The notes: generated by a model not told the origin, from the sequence alone. Counted from the whole stretch's first letter, positions 1 through 12,145 are shown. The stretch: DNA of 63,916 nucleotides, filler included, from Reticulomyxa filosa (GCA_000512085.1; 19 parts of 19 records of this genome joined end to end with filler, not necessarily neighbours in it); one strand, 5' to 3'. A program made the numbers and translations.

Positions 1-1170
1 TAATTGATATTGCATAATATGTACTTAAACTACATTCCACCCCCTTTGCCCCATTTGGGCAGCAAATTAGTACTTGTTTAGTGCTTGTCGAGCGTGATCT
101 CATCGTCGTATTTGAGTTTCTTTTGTGCATGGTTCATATACGTTCTGCTGTTACCACTTTCTCAACGTTATTCCAAGATTCAAACGGTGGAGGTAACGCA
201 TTCAAGTTTTCCAATAGTGGAGGTGAAGAATCTACTGGCTCTAATGGTGGAACATCTTCGCTTGAATATTCTTTATTACCTTTATCTGGTGTTTTGTTTC
301 CACTGTTCAATTTTCGTATCTTTGATAAGTGAACAATTTTTTGAAAACACTGTTCACTTTCAATTCTTAATGTCACTGGTCCAATTCGTTGAAGAACATT
401 GCATGAACCAACAAATTTTGGTAAAATATTTTCTTTGTTTCAAACTCTTTGATCACCGATAAACAATAATACTGAATCGCCTACCAAAAAATTGTCTTTG
501 TGTTTATTCTTATTTTCGAATATTTTAATATTGGAATAATATGTTTTCTGCATATGAACGCTTTTTCTAGTACAGTCGCTAGTTGTTTTTGCATATTGCA
601 CTGGTACTTGTACAATGCTTCATAATTGTTACTAAATTTTCCTTTCAGTAAATTCAATTTGACATAAGCTGTTAAATTGAACTTTTGTCCATATACCAAT
701 TCGTGTAGACTCAATTTCACAATAAATGCAATTGCAGATACTATAGCATCGATATTTGCGTTTAGTGACTATTTGTATTGGCCACGATCTAGACTTCAAA
801 GATGGCATTAATTTGTTCATATTTTTACCAGCAATTGTCAAATCGTATAACATTAATCTGAATAAAATGTTGATTATTTCTTTATTATACAATTTAATTA
901 CAATTTTATCTAGTTTTTCCATCACTTTGTCGACACTAAGCATTTGAAGTATTTGTTCAACATTTTGTTGGTCTAGATGATGTTCGATTACATGTAATTC
1001 ATTTCTGTTGTTTGGACAGACACTGTTCACCACATCACCAACATTTATCATTCTATTGTTTTTTGTTATTAGTATGATTATACTTTGTACGGACATTGTA
1101 TTTCCTTGAATGGATTCTGTCGTTTGACTCGCGATTTTGATGTTGCAAGTTATTGTCCTTTTGGCGTTTC
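1..1170 (-). mobile_element. Degenerate Ty3/Gypsy LTR-retrotransposon relic (gag zinc knuckle, protease-like stretch, integrase C-terminus, PPT, start of 3' LTR)
   Basis: Minus-strand translation across frameshifts gives KCW*CGE..SVCP (1026-1046, zinc-knuckle relic), SLHELVYGQKFNL, and NFLVGDSVLLF..NKENILPKFVGSCNVLQRIGPVTLRI..IVHLSKIRK (GPY/F-type integrase tail). These are followed by the purine tract AAAGGGGGTGGAA (47-35) and TGTAG at 34, running off the window. Confidence 0.75.
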
Positions 1171-1230
1171 AGGTAAGAGACGTTGAAAACAAAGAAAATA
1201 TTTTACCAAAATTTGTTGGTGGGGGTGGAA

Positions 1231-1435
1231 TGTAGTTTAAGTACATATTATGCAATATCAATTACTGACCCCGGTGGATTAAAACCATATTCACAACAAA
1301 ACTCACTTTCGTGTCTTTTACTTGTTTCCTTTATTGTTTTGAATTATTTGTTCTAAATTTACTTTATTTTCTGAAATTGGTTTCTTGGAACTAAGTTCCT
1401 TTCGTATTACACTTAGTCTCATCACTATTCCTACA
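1231..1435 (+). mobile_element. 205-bp LTR (TGTAG...CTACA) preceded by a PPT and an integrase fragment
   Basis: GGGGGTGGAA (1221-1230) lies immediately before TGTAG, and CTACA at 1431-1435 completes a 5-bp terminal inverted repeat. 1221-1264 is the exact reverse complement of 1-44, and 1187-1220 is the exact reverse complement of 407-440. Confidence 0.7.
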
Positions 1436-2033
1436 CAATATTGTATGTCTTTAAATCAGTTTTATTTTTGCTTGGTTGTCAACTGTTATTGTTTGAATAT
1501 CTTTTTTTACACATATACAACATACGACGTAGTTATACTGTTGAATTTTTTTGGCAATATATTCACCAAATTTCAATAATTTCTGTATTAACTCATTATA
1601 ATCTATTTTTTCATTTGCATTAATACTTAAATTGTCAATTAATTTTAATTCCACAAGAATTAATCTTAATATTATATTTGAAACTTAAATTATAAATTAA
1701 AGAGGTAAGAAATCTCTTCACATAAAACTATTTAGTCAAATATGACTATTTGTTACTTAGTAAATTGTACTACAAATTTACACGCAAAATATATGCATTT
1801 ATTTAAATTATTTGGTCACAAATTATATTTTTGTGTTTTATTCTTTTGCGATTGATACTATTTCTAATTATTTTCTTTTACATTAATATCAAATTGTTGA
1901 CAAAAAAATTTTTTGTAAGATCGTTTGTGAGAGTAATATTGTGATAGTTACTTTTGTTTGTTTTGTGCATTTATCGTTTTCAGCAACGCAAAAAGGAAAA
2001 CAACCACACAAAAATTTGCAAAAGTTCGAAATA

Positions 2034-3195
2034 ATGAAATATGCACAACTTGTGATTGGCCCAGCAGGCAGCGGTAAATCAAGTTATTGCCGCGCCATGC
2101 AACAGCATTGCCAAACTACAAAACGATCAGTACATGTGGTGAATTTGGATCCAGCAGCAGACGACCTTGTGTACGATGTTTCATTTGATATTCGTGAGCT
2201 CATAGGTTTAGACGACGTCGCAGAAGAGCTCGAGTTAGGTCCAAATGGTGGACTGATATTCTGCATGGAGTATTTTATGGAGAACATTGAATGGTTCCAA
2301 AACAAAATTGGCGATTACGAGGATGATTATTTGTTCATTGATTGTCCTGGACAAATTGAGCTTTACAGGCAAGTTTTTTTTTTTTTTTGTCGAAGTTGCG
2401 ACCTCTTTTTTTTTTTTTATTTACGAAAAAGAAACTGGCTAAGCTAACAACGCAATCATAATAATTAGTCACATCCCAGTGATGCCAACGTTAGTGAAGC
2501 TGTTGGAAAAAATGGGCTATCGAATGTGTTCATTGTATTTATTGGATTGCAATTTCATCGGCGACGGGAGTAAATTCATAAGTGGCATATTGTCAAGTTT
2601 AAGTGCAATGTTGCAATTGGAGCTGCCACACATCAATTTGTTGACAAAAGTGGATTTGCTGGAAAGCGAAACGAAGCGAAACAAGGAGAGTGACGACAGC
2701 GCCAATGACAATGAAACAAAAGGAAATGAGAAAGAAAAAGAGCAGGAAAATGAAGAGGACGAGGAAGAGGCATTGTTGGATCTTTCACATTTGGATGAGT
2801 ATTTTGATCCCGATATCACCGAGCTAATAAACAAAGTAAATGCGTCCACCAGTCGCAAATACTTTCAAATGACCAAAGCCATTGGCGATCTGATTCAATG
2901 CTACAATATGGTCTCTTTCTTACCTTTTTCTTGTCGTCACGTCCAATTGATTGAAAACATTTTGCGGCATTGTGATCACTGTATGCAATTTGGGGAAGAT
3001 GCCGAACCCAAAGACCCCGTCGACTGGGACAACGCTTCGTCCAATAATAAGGATGATACCTTGGATGACGATGCTCAGTCCAATCAAGACAAAACTGGCA
3101 TGGCCAATGTGTTGGAACACATGATGCGGTCCAATGGCAATGATATTGATTTTACTGGAAGTCATGGATATGATGGTGACAACCCACGCGCTTAA
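2034..3195 (+). CDS. GPN3: GPN-loop GTPase 3 (2 exons; intron 2369-2468)
   Basis: [48 protein letters not shown]|[21 protein letters not shown]. Confidence 0.93.
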
Positions 3196-3640
3196 ATTCT
3201 TTCCATTCGCACTAATGCATTTGTATGTATTTGTGTATTCACGAGACAAACAACGAGAGAAACAAAGAATCAAATGTTGCGCTAGGGTCCTCTTTGGTAG
3301 AAATCTACACAAGCATAAGTAACCTTTCAGGAAAAATACACATTTATGTACAAATTAGCCTCAAATTGACTGCTCATATTCAAGAACATCTTCATTTTAT
3401 AATTCTGTTTCTTCATTTTGTTGGTTTTAAACATGCCTTATTTCACGCACTTGCAATATTTAGTTTCAGACTTTTTTTAACTCTAATATCTTTTTTGCGC
3501 ATTACTTCTCATCAAAAATACACCCACAGCACATATTTTTGCTTTCACTTGGGTAACTGCCAAAAAAAGGTATAATTTTCGAACTTTCCCTTTTCTACAG
3601 TTACCAGGATTAGCAGCCTCTTTAGCAAAGTACATTTTAT

Positions 3641-3970
3641 ATGCAAATGACAAGCCGTTTCCTTAATCGTGGAGGATATTTTGCATTAATGAAAGGAAGA
3701 ACAGTACCATTTTCTTTTGCAACTTCTTCTCACTGGCGACGAAGCTTTACAAATACCAATAATAGAACAAGAGGTGAATCGCAGGAAGCCACAAACAAAC
3801 CAGAAAAAGACACAAAATATCACTATAAAGTGGTAAGACTAGACGACAATGGACATAAATTTGAAATGAAATTTTTTGAGACAATACAACAAGCCTATGA
3901 TTTTGTAAAAGAAATGGAAAAAACTCACCATAAGCAAACATATTTTGTTGAGTCCATTAACAATTCTTAG
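3641..3970 (+). CDS. Small protein with a mitochondrial-like presequence and an RxDDNG...HKQ.Y.VE domain
   Basis: Intact 109-aa ORF. The first ~45 aa are R/S/T/F-rich with no acidic residue. C-terminus is VVRLDDNGHKFEMKFFETIQQAYDFVKEMEKTHHKQTYFVE. Confidence 0.7.
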   Translation: MQMTSRFLNRGGYFALMKGRTVPFSFATSSHWRRSFTNTNNRTRGESQEATNKPEKDTKYHYKVVRLDDNGHKFEMKFFETIQQAYDFVKEMEKTHHKQTYFVESINNS

Positions 3971-4331
3971 TGTAATGATCTTTTTTTGCTGTCATTAATA
4001 TAAATTTTTTGAACAGCTTTGTTTGTCCTGCTTTATTTGTTGTATTTGCAAGAAATATCACGAAATTAAGTTATACTGCTTTGAGTATTTTTCCAAGTTT
4101 TTTTACTACAATGTCGCAATTGGCGAGTCTCTCTTGCAATTCTAAACTAAAAAGATTTTGGTATTTTAGTGCATTTTCTTGCGCTTGACATTTTTGTATT
4201 TCGCATCTTTGATTTCCGACTAGATACATTAACCGTTGTTGAAACAAACGGGGTTTCGAAAACACTGTTGTTTGAAATGAAAAATTCCAGAGAACAAAGG
4301 ATAAAGAATATTTGCTTATACAAAATCGCAA

Positions 4332-5918
4332 ATGCGAGTTCGAGCACTTTGTTCAATCAAACCTGTTTCATACGGTCATCTTTCGCCGTATATATTGCAG
4401 TATGGGAAAAGATCAGAAGTGTCGTTGCTCACCTTTGAAGCGAAGAACCGAGATAACTTTGACTATTTAAAGAAAATACAAGCATATAAAAACCAACAAA
4501 GAAGAGAGCCTTCAAAATCAAACAAAGAGCTGTCCACAATGAGGGTGATGGAAGACCCAAAACAGATAGTGGCATTTGTGAAACGAATCAATAAAGCAGA
4601 TACAACAGTGTATGAAGTGGCAATCAAAAGATGTTCAGACCTGGCTAGCCCAAAAGAGATCCGAGAATTAATAAGATTGGTACAAAGCAAAAAGCCGATA
4701 TTGAATGTGGGATTTTGCAACGTGGTATTGTATCATTTGGGGAAATTGAAGAACTATGAGCTGCAAAAGACTCTTTTTTCAAAGTGGTTCGACAATTGGA
4801 GATTATCGCCGAATTTGGAGACATTTAACATAATGTTGAGGAATTGTGCAGTCCGAGCGACGCTGCATGACGCACTGAAGTACTTGCACATGCTGGTGGA
4901 GCAATACAATCAAAGTCCGAATCAGACGACGTGTTTGGCGCTATTGCGAACATGCGCCAATGGACGCGACGTGGAAAGTGCAGAGATAATATGGCAGGCC
5001 ATTGTGCACGATAAAAATATTGAAATGTGTCCCATGTTGATAGTTGCAATGTTGAAAGTATACGCAAACTGTGCAAAAGTGGACCAAATGATGGACCTGT
5101 TCCACAAATTCCAAAAGACATGGCCGGAGTTGGCTTTGCACGAAACGGCGTGCACGACAATAATATCGGGACTGTTGAAAGCTAAACAATTCAATCGCAT
5201 GTTCGATTTTTATGAAAAGAACATGAAGCAATTGATATTAAAATCGACTGGTAATTCGAATAGCATTTTCCTCTCTAATTTTCTAATGACGTTCCACGTG
5301 CGAGTCATGGAAGTCCTGCAACACCACGGCAGTGCACGACTGCTCTTCCATCATCAACAATGTCTGCATATCTTCTATCACAAATTATATCCCGATGTCT
5401 TACATCGACCTACTGCTATCAACTTTAAAATGATGGATCTTTTGATACAGGCTCACTTCTCATTTCATACGCACAATTGGATGGACGCTGTTCCTGATAT
5501 TGAACAGGTCCTGTTTATCAATAAAAACTTTGTTCACTCGTACACTTGTTGGCTCAGTCATCCTCGACATCCCTCGCGTGTCTTACTGGATTTCCATTTC
5601 ATATCTGTTCCCGCTGTCAAGTTTTGGCTGCGTTACATCTTCACATTTCAACGTGATGAACTCAAACGCTTATTCAATGATCAACCCATTCTCATTTGTG
5701 TCGGCAAAGGAACCCACTCCAAACTTCCCAATAAACATGCCTTTGACGTTCGTCAGTCTCCTTTGAAAAAAATCGTCGAGGCCGAATTACTGCTTTGGAA
5801 AGTACCCATCCATTTGATACCCAATGAAGAGTACTGGGAATTAAATCAACAAGATGTCTCTCTGTTTTTTGACACCGTTCCGCCTCGAGAGAATTGTCTA
5901 CAAAATCCCAATCCTTAG
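4332..5918 (+). CDS. Pentatricopeptide-repeat protein with a C-terminal SMR-like domain
   Basis: ~35-aa helical repeats (ETFNIMLRNCA, TTCLALLRTCA, LIVAMLKVYANC, TACTTIISGLLK). C-terminal LLDFHF...ILICVGKGTHS resembles the Smr LDLHG / IxTGxGxHS motifs. Confidence 0.85.
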   Translation: MRVRALCSIKPVSYGHLSPYILQYGKRSEVSLLTFEAKNRDNFDYLKKIQAYKNQQRREPSKSNKELSTMRVMEDPKQIVAFVKRINKADTTVYEVAIKRCSDLASPKEIRELIRLVQSKKPILNVGFCNVVLYHLGKLKNYELQKTLFSKWFDNWRLSPNLETFNIMLRNCAVRATLHDALKYLHMLVEQYNQSPNQTTCLALLRTCANGRDVESAEIIWQAIVHDKNIEMCPMLIVAMLKVYANCAKVDQMMDLFHKFQKTWPELALHETACTTIISGLLKAKQFNRMFDFYEKNMKQLILKSTGNSNSIFLSNFLMTFHVRVMEVLQHHGSARLLFHHQQCLHIFYHKLYPDVLHRPTAINFKMMDLLIQAHFSFHTHNWMDAVPDIEQVLFINKNFVHSYTCWLSHPRHPSRVLLDFHFISVPAVKFWLRYIFTFQRDELKRLFNDQPILICVGKGTHSKLPNKHAFDVRQSPLKKIVEAELLLWKVPIHLIPNEEYWELNQQDVSLFFDTVPPRENCLQNPNP

Positions 5919-6477
5919 TTCTTCGTCGCTATTCTCCTGGTTAACTCTTTTCTCATATCGACTACATTTTCCACCACGTTCGAAAATCACTCTGATTTAT
6001 TGTTCTTTCTTTCTTTTTCTTGAACGCAAATATCATGTAAACAATCAACATAATTTATTTTATGTCTCAATTTTGAAATGCTTAATGTTTTGCAAACAAA
6101 CACATTGCAATCTCAATAATGTTGTCGAAAGAAGTATTAACATTAAACTTTTTAGTTAATTTTTCCCTTATTCATTTACAAAACCTAAACGCATGTCTCA
6201 ACTGGTAGTTCCAATTTGTCTCTTGTTTAAAAAAAAACTAGTCTTTGGCTAATTTTTCTCGATTGAAGCAGCAAAAAAAATCCTAAAAATCAGTTAAGTA
6301 AGTGCTCTGACAAGCAGGAAGGAAGGAAAACAATAAAAAAAACATTTTCGACTACTGCGTAGTATAATTTTTTTTTTGAAGTAGGTCAACGAGACGTACG
6401 AGGGAAGAGTGCTGATTCAGCAAAATAACAGATAAAACTTGCTTCAAACACACAAACAAAATAACAAATGCAAAGGT

Positions 6478-7403
6478 ATGGAAGATATAACATCAACGGA
6501 TGAGACAACGGATGGAAGTGTAGTTGGAATAACAGTATCAATAAAACAATTAGATGGAACAACATTCAATGTGGAAATACGATCAAATGCAACAGTGGGA
6601 GACTTGAAGCAAGCAATTGAAAGAGCGCGCAGCATAGCCCCAGAACGACAGAGATTAATCTACAGAGCGCAAGAACTCAAAAACGACACGACTGCCTTAA
6701 CCGATTACGGAGTAGTGGACCAGTCCACCTTGCATATGGTTATTCGACCACTAACCAGTGTTCCACCCAATAACTACAATGCCAATCCAAATCCAGAGGC
6801 TGTCATACATGTGCCACAGTTGAATCAGACCAACAGAAGATTTTTTTTTTTTTTTGGGAAAGGGGGGAAAGAGCATAGGAGAGGCATATGACTTTTTTTT
6901 TTTTATATAAAAAAAGGGACAGCGTTGGAGGATACGATGATATAAACCCATATATGTATGATCATGCGAATGAGGGAATGGATGGAAGGGGCATTCATCA
7001 AAATGGACATGACGTAAATGTGTTGCAAATGGTAAAGTTGTGCCGATTTGTTCGCATATTTGCGATAATGGATTTCATATTTTTGGTGTTATTTGGCTTG
7101 ACTTTGTCGTTTGTTTTCTTTTTGATGGCGGCTTTGGCCTTGGCTGGCTATTATGGCGCGAAAATGCTTCGACGTTCGTATTTGGCGGCGTATATGGTTT
7201 GTTTGGTTTTGGAGATTGCTTTACGTGCCTTTTTTATTTATTGGTACGGTCAAAGTACCGTTTCGGTCATCTTATTCATTTTAATGATATTCATTGAATT
7301 GTTTGTTTTGAAGTGTGTTATCCAATTGTTCAAAGCTATCCCATACTTTGATGCACAACAGAGAGATCATATCTTGGTTTTAAATCGCGTTGGATTGTTC
7401 TAA
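6478..7403 (+). CDS. Ubiquitin-like domain protein with ~4 C-terminal TM helices (intron ~6819-6916)
   Basis: ITVSIKQLDG..TVGDLKQAIE..IAPERQRLIYRAQELKND..LTDYGVVDQSTLHMVIR; exon 2 has four hydrophobic segments. Confidence 0.85.
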
Positions 7404-8044
7404 ACCTATCAAAAAACCATTACATCTTTTTAAAAAACTTCAGGGTCAGATTATGTTTTTTTGTGTTGGGGGAATCAAAAATTGTTTGGCTAATTGAGTT
7501 TAGCTACGTAAGTGTCTACATAATTAAGAGATTGATTTGAGTGACTTTCGTGGTGTACATTTGCTGCTTTTCTTTGCAATTTTTTCTTCAATTATGGAAT
7601 TAACAAATAATAAATTCCATGATGAAAACGAGAACAACTTTTGCAAATAATACTATACAATACAACATAAGAAAAACGGATTTCCAATAAAAATACAAAA
7701 CAATTAGAAGTAAAAAACTAATTTTTTACAATTGGCTGCTGTACATAAGACAGAGTAAATATAATCTATTTCCCCCTAAAAACAAATATTTAATATTACT
7801 TGATGACTTAAAAAATTGAGTTAAAACTATTATTAAAACTGAAAATATGTATCAAGTAGCTATGGGTGTGCCATTTTTTGTAAACTACACTAAGCATTTT
7901 TATTATAAAGTCAATCTATGTTCAAAGTCTGCAAATACTTGAACATCCAAAGTGCTTAGCAATAATAGTTTGAAAAAATAAATTTTAATTTTGTTGCGAT
8001 TGTCAAATTTAAAAATTGAAGCTGATTTTATTGATTAATATACT

Positions 8045-11000
8045 TATTTTATTCTTTTCAAATTGATGTATATTTTAAAAAATTAATCTTCACGGAAAAT
8101 TGCAATTATATGGACAAAATATTATTTTGTTTGATACAAAAGGCTTGTGAACAAAGACATCACATCGCCTTTGCAAATTGTACATTTTTCAAAAATTCCG
8201 TCCGTTATATCTTGTTTTAACTGTTGGAGTTGTTGCTGATAATTTGAAATTTCTTGTGCAACTTCATCTTTTTTGTGCTCCATTTGTTTTGTTTTTGGGG
8301 GCTTTTTAAGACTGGTTTGGTTGAGTTTTTGAATTTGCAGCTCCGTTTCTGTGAACACATTTGATTTTTTCTTTTATGTTTTGAAATATAATCAAACATT
8401 CTGAAACCTGCAATCTGTTGTTGCTTTTGGTTAAATCCTTTCTTGACAATACAAAGTGTGACGCAAATAATTTTGATAATATTGGTTAAAAATTGTTGGG
8501 AAGTAATTTCGCTGCTGACCCTGTCGTTTGAATTTGGATGCTCTATTTCAGTAAGTGGTTTATCCTTAACCACACTCGTATGTGGTGGCAACGAGCTCTC
8601 TGTGGATAACTTGGAGGATTTTGAACCAGCACTTTGATTATTCCTTGCTTGTTTTTGCTTGTTTATATTCGGTTGATAAGAATTTTCAAGCATCAGATTT
8701 TTGAAATCATACATTTGTTCAATGACCTCAATGATCCGATGCGTAATTGACAAGGTATTAAAAAAAGGGAGCCAGTCTGTTTTTGTGCTATCGGCTCTTT
8801 CTTTGCATTTTTGAAGGACAAAAGCTATTGTGGTATAATTGCATTCGAAAGTATTTGTAATTTTTTCATTTTGACTCCAATATTGGCGATCTAAAGATTC
8901 GTACATTTCATCCAACAGTACCTTTTTCCCGTGTAAACAATCAATAACGTCATTTGCAGAATGCAAAATATAAGAAAAAAAAGGATACTTTAGCGTCCTC
9001 TTCCCACAACGCACTGTATTCAGTGTTCATCTCACTCCATTGACACTCGACAGAATCAGTCGAAAGGGACGTACTCAACGCAAAGCGGCTGAGTTTATTT
9101 TGTAACAAAAATGATAGTTTGGAGTCCAAATCGATAGTGTTGTCCCCTGTTTTTGAATACTTTAGAGGAAGCTCTAGACGATCTAGATACAATCGTAAAC
9201 ACAACCAGCGATTGCAATGTTACCATTTCACAAATGAAGACTCACAACAAAACAAAGTTAACTTGCAATTCGAATTAGGGACTCCACAAATTGACTGTAA
9301 GACAAATAAAAATTATTGGAGTCAGAACATTGCAAGCTTGAACTAGTTGGCAACATCTGTTGACAAAGAGAGATAGACGAGAAGAGGGAAAACAGAGTAA
9401 GAGTATCTCGGATGTTTCGTGTTTAAAGGACATATACGTCACGACACTTTTGTCGAACTAGTTTGTACATACTTGAATATCATTTTCTCTTAAAAAGACT
9501 GACTGAAAAATAATTTTATGTATGGTATAAAACGTTAATTGCACACTTTCGCACTGTGAACACTTGAGTAGCATATCGAATTGATGTAATGTTAAGAGAG
9601 ATAAACTGGCTCTATATTTATCGTAGATAGATCTCAAGAGTCTCCCGTGTATTATCAATAATTTATCTATTTCCTTTGAAATAATTATCTTTTGGTTGTT
9701 GGAAAGGTGTTGATACAAATCAAGAATTGCTGGAGGGGCAAACATAGGAGCATTTATAATTTCGGCATCTAATGAAACTGGAGGATATTCAAGTAGTACC
9801 GGTTCATCCATTGCAAATTCCCCAATAAACTTGTATCCATCTTCTCGTATAAATTCTCCCTGGCCATGCTTTTATTTAATTGTTTTTTTTTTTAGGAAAG
9901 AGATTTAGTCATATAATTCAGACTCTACTTTTTGCCTTACTTTTTTATTGTTCAACCAATGACCGCTATATTTAGCACCATTGGCGTAATGATAAACACC
10001 ATACCCGCTACGTACACCATTTAAAAACTCTCCTTCATACCAATCGATTAATCTCTTTGAAATATTAATTGAATTGCCTTCGATAACATTCACTTTTTTT
10101 TTAAGTGGAAAAAAAATTGTTAGTTTAAATGAAAGAAAAAAATTATCAAATTATTATATATCCTTATACCTCCGTCATTGCCAAAGTAATATTTCCCTTG
10201 GCCATGAGGCACGTCATTCTTCCAATCCCCCTCGTACAGCTGATTTGCTGTTCTCCATGCCATTCGTCCTTTCTTTTAAAAAAAGAAAATAAAAAAGGTG
10301 AGTCGTAAATTATAATACACATAAACACACCCCATGGCGTTTATCATTTTCCCACTCCCCTTCGTATTTATCGCTTGTTGGGAATATCAAAGTACCATTG
10401 CCATGACGTGCACCTATGAAAAAGCAAAAGTACAACGATAGCTCTCAAATTAATGCTTGTGTTAGTGTTCTTTTTTTAAAGTACACTGACCTTTTTTCCA
10501 TTCTCCTTTATAATATGATGTCTTTTCTTTATTATAATATAAAACTCCTTCCTAAATTTTTGTAAAATTGTGCTTAGCTCTCGAATAAGGGCGTGTACAA
10601 CAAAAAGTTCTGTTTGATATATAAACTTCGTCACGCAAGCCGTTTGTCCAAAATCCACGATATTCGCGATAAATGGTTTTGTCATCACTGGCAGTGCAAT
10701 CTTCGACATTCTTTATTGCTATTATGCTGCTGTTATCATCACGTTCAAAATACTGAGGTTTTTTCTTCTTTTCTGTTTCGATATATCTTTCATCACTTTT
10801 AGTAGGAATATCCACAATTAGACAACCTTTCCCATTTCTTATGCCTTTATGCACATAGCCACTGTATTTCGAGTATTGATCAAACTGATATTCTCCAAAA
10901 CCTGTCATTTGATTGTTCTCAAAGTTTCCTCTATATGTCACTTCATCGTGCCACGTGTAACGGCCTTCACCATGTAAATTTCCGTGCTTTTTGATATTAG

Positions 11001-11240
11001 TATCCATTTTTTTTAGTACTACGAACATCGTTTAATTGTACAAACCTGAATATTTCCTTCGTAAACATGTCCCCCATCTAACTCAATACGCGCTGGACCA
11101 TGATAACAATCATTTTTTACGTTTCCATCATAACTATGATAATTTTTTTAAAGCGAATTAAAAGCTAAATCATAAAAATGTTTGTAAGTTTCAAACTTTT
11201 TAACGGCTCCTTTTGAATTCCAAACCGTAATTTCTTTCAT
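8045..11240 (-). CDS. Multi-exon MORN-repeat protein, radial spoke head 10B-like; boundaries approximate
   Basis: Serial MORN repeats ([64 protein letters not shown]), followed by a helical region ([15 protein letters not shown]) as in RSPH10B. Confidence 0.75.
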
Positions 11241-11642
11241 TTTTCGTTTTTCCTTTCTAATTTTAATGTTGGTTTTTAAATCACTGTTGGAGCCTTTTTG
11301 TGACGACAAAAAATCTCACCACTCGATTTATTTTTATGTTGAAATTTTTACCTTTTTTTCTGTCTGACAGGATTTTTATTCTACATTCTAAAACTATTTT
11401 TATGACATATCGGATTTGCATCCCAGGATACTAAATAAATTAATATTTTAGATTGAAAAACGAAGTGATTTTTGGACATACTCGAAAGAATTTATATTAA
11501 ACTTCTTTCTTTAAGCACGAAAGATAGTCCAGACGTGCTTTAAATTTTTGTAAGTGCCCTCTTCAAAAGTTTGAAGGGAAGGCGAAACATGTTATGTAAA
11601 AAAAAAATAATCTATTGTCATCGAAAAAGAAATAAAAATAAA

Positions 11643-12145
11643 ATGCAAGCCAATTCAACCCAAGTGTTAGCGTTTTTGGCACTTGTCACATTGGTAACAG
11701 CGATATGGATTTGTACAAACGACTCTAGTAAAGAGTCGAAGGCAGGCCCAACCAAGAAACCATCCCCACCAGACAACCAACAATCTGGCCGTAATAATGT
11801 GAAGGAAGATGGAACAATAGCAAGGTCTCCAGACTCTCCAACAATTCGATCCGAAGCTTGCAATCGTGGAACAAATTATCAGCATGAACCAATAACAGGA
11901 TATTCACCATCCATCCATTCTATAAAACCTAATGCAGACAATAACACGAAATCGGACATCGGGATTGACACGCCACGTGAGCTTCAATTAGACACCAATC
12001 CTCGGCCCGTTTTCCCCAGACCATGTTAAGTCAGGGCACCGTGGAAGAAAAATAACAGATCAAATTTTTTTGTAACAACTATAGTTTTTTTTTTTAAATT
12101 TGGCTTACAGACAGAAAAGGTAAAGATATTGAAGATAGTCGATGA
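11643..12145 (+). CDS. Small hypothetical protein with an N-terminal signal/anchor and a disordered tail
   Basis: MQANSTQVLAFLALVTLVTAIWIC followed by a P/S/D-rich region; probable short second exon after ~12110. Confidence 0.5.

Noticed and set aside
1-1264. 44-bp perfect inverted repeat read as DNA-transposon TIRs or viral ITRs
   Set aside because: The repeat consists of a PPT plus an LTR start and encloses Gypsy gag/integrase remnants, not a transposase or viral gene.
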